DNA of 62,157 bases, the filler included, from Nanobdellati archaeon (GTDB lineage Archaea > Nanobdellota > Nanobdellia > Woesearchaeales > JAADFO01), in assembly GCA_013152815.1 (NCBI GenBank). It is 8 parts of 8 records of this genome, joined end to end, with 100 filler letters (N's around TTAATTAATTAA, not from the genome) between each part and the next. Parts side by side here need not be neighbours in the genome. Positions count along the whole stretch, not along the records: positions 1 to 31,214 come from JAADFO010000035.1; 7 more parts are not named here. One strand, written 5' to 3'. Under the pieces are notes generated by a model. It saw only the letters and a list, made by a program, of their open reading frames with translations, was not told the DNA's origin and did no database searches. Each line of letters starts with the position of its first letter. The stretch's first letter is position 1. This document shows positions 9,793 to 20,042 of the stretch, one piece after another. The translations under genes and the position numbers were made by a program.

Positions 9793-9989
9793 ATGATCAT
9801 TCCAGTGCGTTGTTTCAGCTGCGGGAAGCCCATCGGCCACCTTTGGAAGAGTACAATGAACGGGTGGACAAGGGAGAGGACCGCAAGAAGGTCATGGACA
9901 AGCTGGGCCTGGACAGGTATTGCTGCAGGGCCATGTTCCTGGGGCAGGTGGACCTCTCTGAAGAGGCTGCCATGTTCAAGAAGTTCTAA
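9793..9989 (+). CDS. rpoN: RNA polymerase subunit N (Rpo10), frameshifted at ~9846
   Basis: MIIPVRCFSCGKPIGHLW; the shifted frame continues EEYNERVDKGE...LGLDRYCCRAMFLGQVD...KKF*. Confidence 0.93.
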
Positions 9990-10031
9990 GTCTGTTTTAT
10001 GAATGATCTGACAGATATCTAGCGTCAGTTC

Positions 10032-10286
10032 TTATCTGCAGGGTTCTTCGCTCCGGAACAGGTTTCCTCTGCTGTCGACACACGCATAAGCATTTCCAGG
10101 TCCTGAGAGCGCTCTCACTGACAGCGGATTGGTCGTGGATGCGTCACCGCCGATATTTGCTGCTTCATCGCTCAGGAAACCCACGGGTTCACTGTTGCCT
10201 CCAAAGACAGTCAATGCTGCCACCATGGCCACTATTGCCACGATAGCGATGAGATAGATCCTCTGCCGGTCGATTCTTGCTGCCAT
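10032..10286 (-). CDS. Small exported/membrane-anchored protein
   Basis: N-terminal hydrophobic helix, C-terminal Cys pair, AGGTGA RBS. Confidence 0.65.
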   Translation of the reverse strand: MAARIDRQRIYLIAIVAIVAMVAALTVFGGNSEPVGFLSDEAANIGGDASTTNPLSVRALSGPGNAYACVDSRGNLFRSEEPCR

Positions 10287-10406
10287 TGGTTTGTCACCTG
10301 CTTGCTCTCAGAAGAGCCTTCCTGTCATCCAGTTGTAAAGGAATTTTCCGATGATGAAAAATATCTGCATCTTGCTCACACTCTTGTTTCTCGTAGATTA
10401 TGATGA

Positions 10407-10430
10407 TTAGTATACGTTTTTGTATACTAA
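10407..10430. promoter_or_regulatory. Palindromic operator-like site TTAGTATAC-N6-GTATACTAA beside a TATA box
   Basis: Perfect 9-bp inverted repeat adjacent to ATATATAAAT. Confidence 0.5.
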
Positions 10431-10531
10431 ATATATAAATCTTTCCTTCTGTGCTCAAAAATCAGTAAACAACGTTATCGATTTTTGAGGATTTATAAAT
10501 ATTTAAATATGGCTGTGCTCTCACCCCTCCC

Positions 10532-13387
10532 ATGACCCAACTGGACTTATCTGCAACCGAACGAAAATGGCAGGAACGATGGGAAAAAGCAAAGCTCTTC
10601 GAAGCAGAACCCCTTGCCCGGAAAAAGTTCATGCTGACCTTTCCCTATCCCTACATGAACGGATTCCTCCATATCGGGCATTTCTACACCCTCATGCGGG
10701 TCGATGTCCTGGCGAGGTACAAACGTCTTCAGGGCTATAACGTCCTTTTTCCGCAGGGCTGGCACTGCACCGGTTCACCCATCGAGGCGGCAGCCAAGCG
10801 TATCCGTGACAAGGAGCCGAAGCAATGGGCGTCCATGAGGAAGATGGGCTTCAAGGAAAAGGAGATAGAAGCGTTCGCCGACCCTGAACACTGGACAGCG
10901 TTCTTTCCCCGGGAAGCGAAGATCGACTACCAGCGCATGGGCATGTCTGTCGACTTCAGAAGAAGTTTCATCACCACGTCGCTGAATCCGTATTATGATC
11001 GGTTCATCCGATGGCAGTTCCGAAAGCTCAAGGAAAAGGGGTATGTGACCAAGGGCGAGCATCCGGTCGTCTGGGACCCCAAGCTAAACATGCCGGTCGG
11101 TGACCATGATCGGAGCGAAGGAGAAGGTGAGACGCCGCAGGAATTCCTCCTGGTGAAGCACCGGCTCGATGACGACCGTTACCTTGTCTCTGCAACGCTC
11201 CGTCCTGACACCATCCTTGGCTTGACAAACATCTATGTCCATCCGGACTATGACTATCAGGAGATCGAGATAGAGACAGCAGCCGGAACAGAACATTGGA
11301 TACTTGGCGAATCTGCCATCAAGCGCCTGGAAGAACAGGATTGGAAACTAAGACCCGTCGGTACCATAAAAGGGCAGGACCTTATCGGTAAAGAGACTGA
11401 AGAGTTCGGCGATCGCAAAGTCCCTGTTCTTCCTGCAACGTTCCTCGATCCCGAGGTGGGTACTGGCCTGGTCCACTCGGTGCCTTCTGAGTCGGCCGAC
11501 GATCTCATCGCCCTCTGGGACCTCAAGAAGGACGAGAAGCTCCAGAAGAAATATGGCCTGGACAAGGAGATGGTCGCGCAGATCGAACCCATCGAGATCC
11601 TTGACCTGAAAGGCATCGGCGGCAATCCTGCAAAGCATTTTCTCGAGAAGTACGGGGTCAAGCACCAGGACGAGCGGAAGAAGCTCGACAGGATACGGGC
11701 AGAGCTCTACAAGCTCAGCTTCTACAACGCGAAGTTCGGCAGCATCTACAAGGGCGTCTTTGGCCGTGACATCGTCGGAAGACCGATCCAGGAAGAGATG
11801 GACTATGTGAAAGAGCAGCTCATCGAGCAGGGCTGGGCAGCCATCCTCTACCAACTGACCGGCCGGGTCGTCTCACGGAACCTCAACGAGTGCATCGTCA
11901 AGATCGTCCGTGACCAATGGTTCATCAACTACGGTGATCCTGCCTGGAAAGAGCTTGCCCGGGAAGCGCTTCGAGGCATCAGGCTCTATCCTGAAAAAGC
12001 GAGGGCGCAGTTCGAGCATGTCATCGGATGGCTCCACAGCTGGGCATGCGCGAGGGAATATGGACTCGGCACCAAGCTTCCCTGGGATCCCCAGTGGGTC
12101 ATCGAATCCCTCTCAGACTCCACGCTCTACAATGCCTACTACACCGTCGCCCATCTCCTGACGAAGATGCCTCTGGACAAGGTCAATGATGCCCTCTTCG
12201 ACCATATCCTGCTCGGCAAAGGGACTGCTCCATCAAAAGAGGCAGAGCAGATGAGGAAAAGCTTTACCTATTGGTATCCTGTGGATTTCCGGAACTCTGG
12301 AAAAGACCTCATCCAGAACCATCTCACCTTCTACATCTTCAACCACGTCGCCCTGCTCCCCAGAAAGTACTGGCCCAGGGGAATAGGTGTCAACGGTTGG
12401 GTGGTCATCGACGGGCAGAAGATGTCCAAGTCATTGGGCAACATGATCCTGCTCCGTGACATGGCTGACAAGTTCAATGTCGATCCGAGCAGGCTCACCA
12501 TCATGTCCGGCGGAGAGTCCCTGGACGATCCGAACTGGGATTCGGGGTTTGCCGCCGCCATCAGGAACAAGCTCATCGCCTTCCATGATTTCTGCCTCAC
12601 CCATCACGGGAAAGGGAACGGTCCGGCAAAGGAGACACCGGTGGATGCCTGGATGGAGAGCAGGCTCAACAGCATCGTCAAGGAGACTACCCTGGCCATG
12701 GAAGAGACCCTTTTCAGGACTGCATCGCAGAAGGCATTCTTCGAGCTGAACCAGGACCTGCGCTGGTACCTGAAACGGACCAACAACCGTCCGAACAGGT
12801 CGCTGATGGACCGTATCCTGGAGTCCCAGGTCATCATGATGGCTCCCTTCGTGCCGTTCCTCTGCGAAGAGATCTGGGAAAAGCTGGGAAAGAAGGGCTT
12901 TGTCTCGGTCGCTTCCTGGCCGAAGCATGACGACAAGCTCATCAGGCCAGAACTGGACGCGTTGGAGAAGACCGTCGCAGATTCAGTGCAGGACATCCAG
13001 CAGGTGCTGAAGCTTGCGAAAGTAGAGACGCCGAAGAAGCTCACCCTCTTTGTGGCCTCTCCCTGGAAATACGAGCTCTATGCCCTCCTGGCCAGGGAGA
13101 TGAAGGCGACCAGGAACCCGAAAGAGCTCATCCCCCGGATGATGGCGAAGGAGAGCATCAAGAAGCACGGACAGGAGGTCATGAGGATCCTCCAGCGCAT
13201 CCTCAAGTCAGGGAGGATCCCTGAAGCGGTCTCCTCTGAGAAGGAGGAGTTTGCGGCGCTGCAGGACGCGCGCGTTTTTCTTCAGGAGGAATTTGGTGCC
13301 GAGATAGAGGTCATCCGGGCCGGAGAGACCGAAGAGTCCAAGGCAGCCGCAGCCCTTCCCGGAAAGCCTGCCATCCTCGTTGCTTAG
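10532..13387 (+). CDS. leuS: Leucine--tRNA ligase (archaeal type)
   Basis: PYPYMNGFLHIGH, ATLRPDT, KMSKS and the C-terminal ALPGKPAI. Confidence 0.97.
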   Translation: MTQLDLSATERKWQERWEKAKLFEAEPLARKKFMLTFPYPYMNGFLHIGHFYTLMRVDVLARYKRLQGYNVLFPQGWHCTGSPIEAAAKRIRDKEPKQWASMRKMGFKEKEIEAFADPEHWTAFFPREAKIDYQRMGMSVDFRRSFITTSLNPYYDRFIRWQFRKLKEKGYVTKGEHPVVWDPKLNMPVGDHDRSEGEGETPQEFLLVKHRLDDDRYLVSATLRPDTILGLTNIYVHPDYDYQEIEIETAAGTEHWILGESAIKRLEEQDWKLRPVGTIKGQDLIGKETEEFGDRKVPVLPATFLDPEVGTGLVHSVPSESADDLIALWDLKKDEKLQKKYGLDKEMVAQIEPIEILDLKGIGGNPAKHFLEKYGVKHQDERKKLDRIRAELYKLSFYNAKFGSIYKGVFGRDIVGRPIQEEMDYVKEQLIEQGWAAILYQLTGRVVSRNLNECIVKIVRDQWFINYGDPAWKELAREALRGIRLYPEKARAQFEHVIGWLHSWACAREYGLGTKLPWDPQWVIESLSDSTLYNAYYTVAHLLTKMPLDKVNDALFDHILLGKGTAPSKEAEQMRKSFTYWYPVDFRNSGKDLIQNHLTFYIFNHVALLPRKYWPRGIGVNGWVVIDGQKMSKSLGNMILLRDMADKFNVDPSRLTIMSGGESLDDPNWDSGFAAAIRNKLIAFHDFCLTHHGKGNGPAKETPVDAWMESRLNSIVKETTLAMEETLFRTASQKAFFELNQDLRWYLKRTNNRPNRSLMDRILESQVIMMAPFVPFLCEEIWEKLGKKGFVSVASWPKHDDKLIRPELDALEKTVADSVQDIQQVLKLAKVETPKKLTLFVASPWKYELYALLAREMKATRNPKELIPRMMAKESIKKHGQEVMRILQRILKSGRIPEAVSSEKEEFAALQDARVFLQEEFGAEIEVIRAGETEESKAAAALPGKPAILVA

Positions 13388-13445
13388 CTTCTCTTCGCTT
13401 CTGATAACGTTTATATATCTCCTATCGCATCTCTTTCCTATCCCC

Positions 13446-14915
13446 ATGAAAGTCTCCCGCATCATGAGCACCCAGCATCCTGACAATGTCAGGCCGCCCT
13501 TCTTCTCTGACCGTATCGTCCTTGAAGGAGATGACGAGATCAGGGAAGCATTCTACGCCTATTCTCATCTGAACATCGAGGAGCAGCTTTGGGACTGCGA
13601 GGGCAAGGAGACCGACAACTATGTGGTGAAGAAACTCCTCAGCAGGTATGAGCCCTTCTTCTCCAAGAAGCGACTTGGGAAGGACATCTTCCTCACCTAC
13701 CGTGTTCCCAATCCGCGGGTGGAGTCCGGAGAGGGGAAGATACTCCTCGAGACCCTGGAGAGCATCCCGCGGAGCTTCGACATGGCGAGGCTGTTCTACC
13801 ACGATGACATCGCTCCGGTATTCGAGGTCTGCCTTCCCATGACCGAATCTCCGGGCGGCCTCATCAGGATGGCGCGCTACTACCAGAAGATCGTCGTCGG
13901 CAAGCAGCACATGAGGTTTGCCGACAAGGACATCTCCATCGCAGAATGGATCGGGAAGTTCATGCCTGAGAAGATACGGGTGACGCCGCTCATCGAAGAG
14001 AAGGAGGCCATGCTCAACGCCCATCGGATCGCCCATGCATACATCAAGGCCGAGAAGATCGAGCAGTTCCAGCGGGTCTGGCTTGCCAGGAGCGATCCTG
14101 CATTGAACTACGGCAGTCTCGCTGCCGTCCTCATAGAGAAGATAGCGTTGATGGACCTCTGGAAGCTCCAGGAGAAGACGAGCGTCGATATCCTGCCGAT
14201 CCTCGGCTGCGGATCGACCCCTTTCCGCGGGAACTTCAAGCCGCAGAACGTCGACGCCATGCTTTCCGAGTATCCGTCGGTGCAGACCTTCACCGTGCAG
14301 AGCGCCTTCAAATACGACAATGCCGAGCAGGAGGTGCTCGAAGGGATAGAGCAGGTCAAGGGCCGCAGGCGAAAACCTCCGGCAGATGTCGACCGGCAGG
14401 CTCTCCTCTCCATCATCGACAGGACCTCTGAGCAATACTTCAAAGAGGTCAGTCTCCTGGCCGACCGCATCAACGACTTCTCCTCTTTCATCCCCCGCCG
14501 GCGGTTGAGGAAGCTGCACATCGGTCTCCTGGGATATTCCCGGCAGACCAAGGGGCTCAAGCTGCCAAGAGCCATCAAGTTCTGCGCTTCCCTCTATTCG
14601 ATGGGCTTCCCTCCTGAGATGCTGGGATTGTCTGCGCTGAAGAAGAAGGACCTGGCCACCATCGAACAGGCCTATCCCGGCTTCCTCATCGATCTCAGGG
14701 ATGCCATGCAGTACTTCAACAAGGACAACATGAGATACCTCCCCAAGGAGATGCGCAGGGCAGCATCCTTTGCGCAGGACCTTGTCAAGGTGCCGGCCAA
14801 TCCGAAGCATAACAAGATAACGTCCATCATCATGGATGACCTGGCCAAAGGCAGGATCCGCGTCCTCGAGGAGAACATCACCAGGGCAGGCTGGATACGG
14901 GGGTTCCTGGGGTAA
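13446..14915 (+). CDS. ppcA: Archaeal-type phosphoenolpyruvate carboxylase
   Basis: MSTQHPDN, LARSDPALNYG, PFRG, TVQSAF, LPRAI and C-terminal RGFLG. Confidence 0.95.
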   Translation: MKVSRIMSTQHPDNVRPPFFSDRIVLEGDDEIREAFYAYSHLNIEEQLWDCEGKETDNYVVKKLLSRYEPFFSKKRLGKDIFLTYRVPNPRVESGEGKILLETLESIPRSFDMARLFYHDDIAPVFEVCLPMTESPGGLIRMARYYQKIVVGKQHMRFADKDISIAEWIGKFMPEKIRVTPLIEEKEAMLNAHRIAHAYIKAEKIEQFQRVWLARSDPALNYGSLAAVLIEKIALMDLWKLQEKTSVDILPILGCGSTPFRGNFKPQNVDAMLSEYPSVQTFTVQSAFKYDNAEQEVLEGIEQVKGRRRKPPADVDRQALLSIIDRTSEQYFKEVSLLADRINDFSSFIPRRRLRKLHIGLLGYSRQTKGLKLPRAIKFCASLYSMGFPPEMLGLSALKKKDLATIEQAYPGFLIDLRDAMQYFNKDNMRYLPKEMRRAASFAQDLVKVPANPKHNKITSIIMDDLAKGRIRVLEENITRAGWIRGFLG

Positions 14916-14916
14916 G

Positions 14917-16044
14917 ATGGAGAAGCAGCTCAGTTCCCTGGACCTGTACTTCCTCGTGAAAGAGCTCAGGCAGTTGCAGGGCTCCAAGGTGGACAAGGTC
15001 TATCAGATAGGCCATGATGACTTCTATCTCTCGTTCTACACTCCTGGTTCCGGGAAGAGCCTGCTCTACATATCCCTGCCGGGCATGATCATGAGGACAA
15101 AGCGGCGTTTCGCTTCAGGAGAGGAACCTCCTGCCTTCTGCGTGTTCCTGCGCAAGCATCTTGCCGGAACGACCCTCCAGAGCGTCGTCCAGGAAGGGTC
15201 AGAACGGATATTGACCTTTGTCTTCGAGGGCAAGAAGGGCGTCCGTTCTCTCCATGTCGAGCTCTTTGCGAAAGGGAATGTCGTGCTCACCAAAGAAGGC
15301 GACATCATCATGGGCTCGCTCCTCTCCAAACGATGGTCCCAGAGGGAGATACGTGGCGGGGTGAAGTACGAGCTTCCTGCATCAAGGGACAATCCCTTCA
15401 CCCTCCCGGAAAAAGACTTCGTCAGACTGCTGGAAGATTCCGGGAAAGACTCGTTGGTCAAGGCCATCGTCCTGACCATGGGGACAGGAAGCACCTATGG
15501 CGAGGAACTCTGTCTGCGGGCAGGAATTGTCAAGGACACTCCGCTCACCAAGCTGAAGACAGGGGACTATGCAAAGGTCTATGCTGCTTTCCATGGTCTT
15601 CTCAAGGACCGTACCAAACCACGGGCAGTCTTTCGGGAGGGGGTGCTTATCGACATCACCCCGGTCAAGTTCAAACTCTATGCAGACCTCGAAGAGAAGC
15701 TCTACCCTGATTTCCTGACCGCCCTCGCTGAGCATCTTTCGACGGTCAAGGCCGACGAACGTCTTGTCCAGATGAACAAGGAGAAGGACAAGGTCCTCGC
15801 GAAGATGCGCAAGGTCATCGACCTGCAGCAGGACAATGTCGGTCGGTTGACCGCGAACATCACAGAAAACGAGAAGAAGGCCCGGTTCATCTATGAGCAT
15901 TACGCAGAGATCAACCAGATCCTCGAGCAGACCAGGAAGGCGGTGCGCGAGCTCGATCCCAAAGCCATCAAGAAGAAGCTCAAGGGTCACAGGATCCTGA
16001 AAGACATCAACCAGAAGGACAAGACCGTCACGGTCGAGCTCTGA
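14917..16044 (+). CDS. NFACT/Rqc2 (RqcH) family protein, N-terminal portion only
   Basis: LSSLDL...KVDKVYQ, FCVFLRKHL, ERIL, ELFAKGNVVL, HhH and coiled coil. No NFACT-R domain. Confidence 0.85.
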   Translation: MEKQLSSLDLYFLVKELRQLQGSKVDKVYQIGHDDFYLSFYTPGSGKSLLYISLPGMIMRTKRRFASGEEPPAFCVFLRKHLAGTTLQSVVQEGSERILTFVFEGKKGVRSLHVELFAKGNVVLTKEGDIIMGSLLSKRWSQREIRGGVKYELPASRDNPFTLPEKDFVRLLEDSGKDSLVKAIVLTMGTGSTYGEELCLRAGIVKDTPLTKLKTGDYAKVYAAFHGLLKDRTKPRAVFREGVLIDITPVKFKLYADLEEKLYPDFLTALAEHLSTVKADERLVQMNKEKDKVLAKMRKVIDLQQDNVGRLTANITENEKKARFIYEHYAEINQILEQTRKAVRELDPKAIKKKLKGHRILKDINQKDKTVTVEL

Positions 16045-16182
16045 GGATCTCTGGCTTCAATCTCTCTTCGGCCATCCCTTCTCATCCCTTCAGCTGTTAC
16101 CCTGACAAATCTCAGTGGATGAGCTAAGATACAAATTGTTCGTATCGAAACATTAATAAATCTCTCCCAAGAGAAGCGGCCT

Positions 16183-16467
16183 ATGCCCTTCATCGATATC
16201 TTCGTGGACTATGCTCTTCTGGTGGCTTTCGTCGCCCTCACCGCAGATATCTTCCTGCAGATACGGAAGATCTTCAGGAGGAAGTCCTCACTTGATGTCT
16301 CTGCAAGAGGGCTCGTCGTCAGGATGGTCGGAGCCCTGATCCTCCTCGCCAAATTCATCATCATCGATGATACTGTCCTGATGGTCGGCCAGACGGTCTT
16401 CGTCCTGGCTTTCATGGCATACTTCCTGCTCGTCCTGTATTTTCGTTTCTATAAGAAGAAAGAATGA
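16183..16467 (+). CDS. PQ-loop/SemiSWEET-like 3-TM protein
   Basis: LQIRKIFRRKSSLDVS motif and three hydrophobic helices. Confidence 0.65.
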   Translation: MPFIDIFVDYALLVAFVALTADIFLQIRKIFRRKSSLDVSARGLVVRMVGALILLAKFIIIDDTVLMVGQTVFVLAFMAYFLLVLYFRFYKKKE

Positions 16468-16470
16468 GGG

Positions 16471-19194
16471 TCACTTCATCTGGTCGAGGACATTACCTAG
16501 TTTGTCGAAGCCCCTGCCCATGGCGGTCCAGTCCCCGCTTTCCATGGCGTCGAGGATGTTCTGATAATAGCGGTTGGCCTGTTCGACGAGCGTCTCGTTT
16601 TTCCCTGCAGTGCTTTCTGTCCTGGTGGACCGGGTGTTCTGTTCGCTGGCGCTCCCGAACAGGCTTTCCAGGGCATCACCCAGGGTCTTTCTCATGACCA
16701 CCTTGTCTCCGTCAGAGACCAGCACCCGTTTCAGCTGGGGCAATTGCCCCTGTTCTGCCTGTAGGTAGAGCGGTTCCACATAGAGCAATGCATCTTCGAT
16801 GGGCAAGACGATGAGATTGCCCCTCGTTACTCTGCTGCCCTGCTGGCTCCAGAGGGTGAGCAGCTGGGAGATGTCCGAGTCCTGGTCGAACTTCGCTTCT
16901 ATCTGCAGGGGTCCGTAGACCAGCCGGTCTTTTGGGAAGCGGTAGAGCAGGAGCTTTCCGTACTCTTTTCCGTCGCTCCTCGCGGCCAGCCAGGAGATCA
17001 TGTTGTCCTTCTGTATCGGGGTGAACGGCGTCAGGAGGACGAACTCTTCCCCTGTCTCTCCTGGGAGCTTCATGATCATGTAGTACGGTTCCATCTTGAC
17101 CTTCTGTCCGGTCCCGTATATCTCCGAGGGGATCTGCCACGCGTCCTCCTTGTTGTAGAACACCTTGATGTCCTTCATGTGATAGATGCTGTACATGTTT
17201 GCCTGTATCGCGAAGAGGTCTTCAGGATACCTTACGTGTTTCCGCAGGCCCGCCGGCATCTCCCTGATGCTCCTGAACTGGCCGGGGAAGATCCTTGCAT
17301 AGGTCTGGATGATGGGGTCTTTCTCGTCGCTGATGTAATAGACGATGCTGCCGTCGTAGGCATCCATCACCACCTTCACCGAGTTCCGGATGTAGTTGAG
17401 CCTTCCGATCTTCTGGGAGTAGGGGAAGTTGCCGGTGATGGTGTAGCCGTCCTGGATCCACAGCATCCTTCCCTGGTAAAGGACCATGTACGGGTCCCTG
17501 TCCAGGACGATGAAGGGTGTTATCTTGCCGATGCGCTCCTGCACCGAACGGTCGAACATGATCCGGCTTTCCTTGGTGAGGTCGCTGCTGAGAAGGATCT
17601 TGATGTCCTTGAACCTCCAGGCCATGAGCACTTTCTTGAAGAAGCTGTCGAGGACGACCCCTCCTTTCCCGTCATAGCTGACGTATTTGTTGGCGCTTCC
17701 CTGGGGATAGTCGAATTCCTTGCTCTTGGTCTGGACCAGTACATAGTCATTGTCCTGCTCTCCATAGTATATCCTGGGCTGGGTGATGTCCAGGGACGGT
17801 TCGCCGATGAGGTTTATGGGCGGGATGTCCTTGATGAAATAGCTTGGCAGCCCCTGGTCTGTGACCCTGTTGACCGGGCTCATGACCATCCCGAATCCAT
17901 GGGTGTAGATGATGTGCAGGTTCACCCAGGTCTTGGAATTGGCGGCGAGCTGTTGCTGGTTGAGCTCCCTGGCAGCGAGCATGACCTGGGTGTAGTTTCC
18001 CTTGATGGTGTAGCGGTCTATGTCGATGTTGGCCAGGTCGTAGTACAGCCGGATCTCCTGGGTCTGCTTATAGGTCTGGACGAGGGGGCGGTAATCCAGG
18101 ATACGCACGTTGTCGATGGTCTTCTTCGCCCGTCCCAGCATCTCTCTGGTTATCTTTCCCTCTGCCGGGTAGTCGTGCACCTCCACATCGTCAAGGTTGT
18201 AGGCGATCCTCGTGAAGTTGATGTTGTTCTGGATGTAGGGGCTTTCCAGGTCGAGCTCGTTGGGGTCCACCCGGAACGACTGGACGAGCGCAGGCACAAG
18301 TGTCTGTCCGACCACGACGAAGAGCAGGTAGGTGAGGACGATGATACCGATGATGTGCCGCTTCTTCAGGCGGGGATCCCTGGAGAAGAGGAAGAGCCAG
18401 ACATAGAAGAGGCCGGTGATGACGAGGGCGAAGATCATGAGGATCTTGATGATGGGCAGGAACACCACCACGTCGGTGTATCCTGCTCCGACCACGATGC
18501 CCTTCTCAGAGAACATGATGGAGAACTGTGACAGGTAATGCTTGGCGGCGAAGAGGAGGAAGCTCAGGGAGAGCAGGACCGTGATGTGGACGATGGCCGG
18601 CCGTTTGATCTGTTTCCAATACATCCGTATGTTGGGCATCTGGGGCAGGGGCTGTTCTGGCCCGGGGTTGAAGGGGTTTGGCTGTTTGAAGGTCCTCCTG
18701 AAGAATGTCTGGAAATAGTCTAGGATGACGATTCCTGAGGTGATGACCAGGATGGCCAGGGCATAGCTCCACAGGGCAAGGAGGAAGGGCAGGCTGAACA
18801 CATAGAATGAGACGTCCCGGTGGAGGATGGGATCTGCGAGCGAGAAGCTCACCTGGTTGAGGTATTGGAGGATGGTGAACCATTGGGCAGAGGCTATCCA
18901 GCCGACGATCACCGAGATGCCCAGGATGATCCAGACCTTGGACTTCACCGATATCCTGTTTGTCTTGTCATGATGGAACTTTGCTGCTATCCAGACGTTG
19001 ACGAGCGCAAAGATGAAGAAGATGATCGCTGCCAGCAGGAAGACCATGATCTTCGCCTTGAGCGATATGAGGAAGATGCTTTCGAAGCCGAGGGCCTGGA
19101 ACCACCAGTAGTCTGTCAGGAGACCCACCAGAGAAGATGCGAATATCAGGACGATGATGAGCGCATAGATCCAGAACGTCGTTTTTCTTGCCAT
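16471..19194 (-). CDS. UPF0182 family membrane protein
   Basis: DYWWF, DVSFYVFSLP, GAGYTD, YTHGFG, NYIRNSVK, RYPEDLF and RGNL motifs. Confidence 0.93.
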   Translation of the reverse strand: MARKTTFWIYALIIVLIFASSLVGLLTDYWWFQALGFESIFLISLKAKIMVFLLAAIIFFIFALVNVWIAAKFHHDKTNRISVKSKVWIILGISVIVGWIASAQWFTILQYLNQVSFSLADPILHRDVSFYVFSLPFLLALWSYALAILVITSGIVILDYFQTFFRRTFKQPNPFNPGPEQPLPQMPNIRMYWKQIKRPAIVHITVLLSLSFLLFAAKHYLSQFSIMFSEKGIVVGAGYTDVVVFLPIIKILMIFALVITGLFYVWLFLFSRDPRLKKRHIIGIIVLTYLLFVVVGQTLVPALVQSFRVDPNELDLESPYIQNNINFTRIAYNLDDVEVHDYPAEGKITREMLGRAKKTIDNVRILDYRPLVQTYKQTQEIRLYYDLANIDIDRYTIKGNYTQVMLAARELNQQQLAANSKTWVNLHIIYTHGFGMVMSPVNRVTDQGLPSYFIKDIPPINLIGEPSLDITQPRIYYGEQDNDYVLVQTKSKEFDYPQGSANKYVSYDGKGGVVLDSFFKKVLMAWRFKDIKILLSSDLTKESRIMFDRSVQERIGKITPFIVLDRDPYMVLYQGRMLWIQDGYTITGNFPYSQKIGRLNYIRNSVKVVMDAYDGSIVYYISDEKDPIIQTYARIFPGQFRSIREMPAGLRKHVRYPEDLFAIQANMYSIYHMKDIKVFYNKEDAWQIPSEIYGTGQKVKMEPYYMIMKLPGETGEEFVLLTPFTPIQKDNMISWLAARSDGKEYGKLLLYRFPKDRLVYGPLQIEAKFDQDSDISQLLTLWSQQGSRVTRGNLIVLPIEDALLYVEPLYLQAEQGQLPQLKRVLVSDGDKVVMRKTLGDALESLFGSASEQNTRSTRTESTAGKNETLVEQANRYYQNILDAMESGDWTAMGRGFDKLGNVLDQMK

Positions 19195-19277
19195 GAAGTC
19201 CCTCCCGGAAGGACAGAATCCTCTTCTCTTTTAAGTGTTATGCCTTCTCTCGGATGTATGTCCTGGCATATCCCTAT

Positions 19278-19601
19278 TCAGGGCCAGTCCATCTTCGGTT
19301 CGGGCGGTGGGTTCTTGGCGTCTTCCTTCATCTTGACGACGGCCTTCTTGAACGCTTCCATCTGCTTTTCCGTCAGGTTGCCGTACCGCAGGTAGGCTAT
19401 CTTGATGTTCCGCAGGAAGCCGTTGTCCTTGTAGAGCTGTTCAGGGATGTTGAAGAACTTCTTCATCTCAGGGTCGGCGATCTTTCCCTTGAGCTCTTCC
19501 TTCTGGCAGTCATAGCAGAGTTGGCCTCTGCTTCTCCAGGAGGTGATGACCCAGTTCTTCCTGCATCGGACGCATTTCTCCTTGTATTTGATTGCCGCCA
19601 T
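19278..19601 (-). CDS. Hypothetical zinc-finger protein
   Basis: CxxC...CxxC; host-like codon usage. Confidence 0.7.
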   Translation of the reverse strand: MAAIKYKEKCVRCRKNWVITSWRSRGQLCYDCQKEELKGKIADPEMKKFFNIPEQLYKDNGFLRNIKIAYLRYGNLTEKQMEAFKKAVVKMKEDAKNPPPEPKMDWP

Positions 19602-19816
19602 CTTCAGGAAGAAAAGAATGTCCTTTAAAAAATGTCCTTTTTTTCTTTTCTTGTTTCCAGATGATTTCCGATGACTTCCTCCTCTGCTGAAATTCCTGGA
19701 ATCTCCTGGAATCCTTGCCGTCTGGACTGGAACGGTTCCGTCTTCTTCTCCGAAAGGCCTTTCTTGGACCGATGGTTTCGAGGATACACCTGATGAAATA
19801 AATGGAGGTATTCACC

Positions 19817-20005
19817 ATGGGATTGACGTATAAGAAAGAGAAGCAGTTGAGCAAGATGCCGATAGTGCAGTCGAGGATAAGCAGGAGCGAGGATGGCAGG
19901 TTCCTGATCCACAAGACCATCTTCACGGACATCAAGCCGATCGAATATTACGAGGCGGTCATGTCGAAGCCGGTGGAGACCTTCGTGACCGAAGAGGCAG
20001 ACTAG
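19817..20005 (+). CDS. Small hypothetical protein
   Basis: Strong GGAGGT RBS and a T-rich terminator after the stop. Confidence 0.7.
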   Translation: MGLTYKKEKQLSKMPIVQSRISRSEDGRFLIHKTIFTDIKPIEYYEAVMSKPVETFVTEEAD

Positions 20006-20042
20006 CTGTTTCTGCTCTTCTTTTTTTCTTTATCGTATTTCT

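Noticed and set aside
13422..14996. Long antisense ORFs (also 17179-18531, 21883-23115, 34638-35756, 41548-42966, 55352-56947)
   Set aside because: Shadows of real genes with C/G-ending codon bias; no recognisable motifs.
19765..19802. Fluoride-riboswitch or hammerhead-like GATGG...CTGATGA
   Set aside because: The required stems are weak or absent, and the downstream gene is not fluoride-related.
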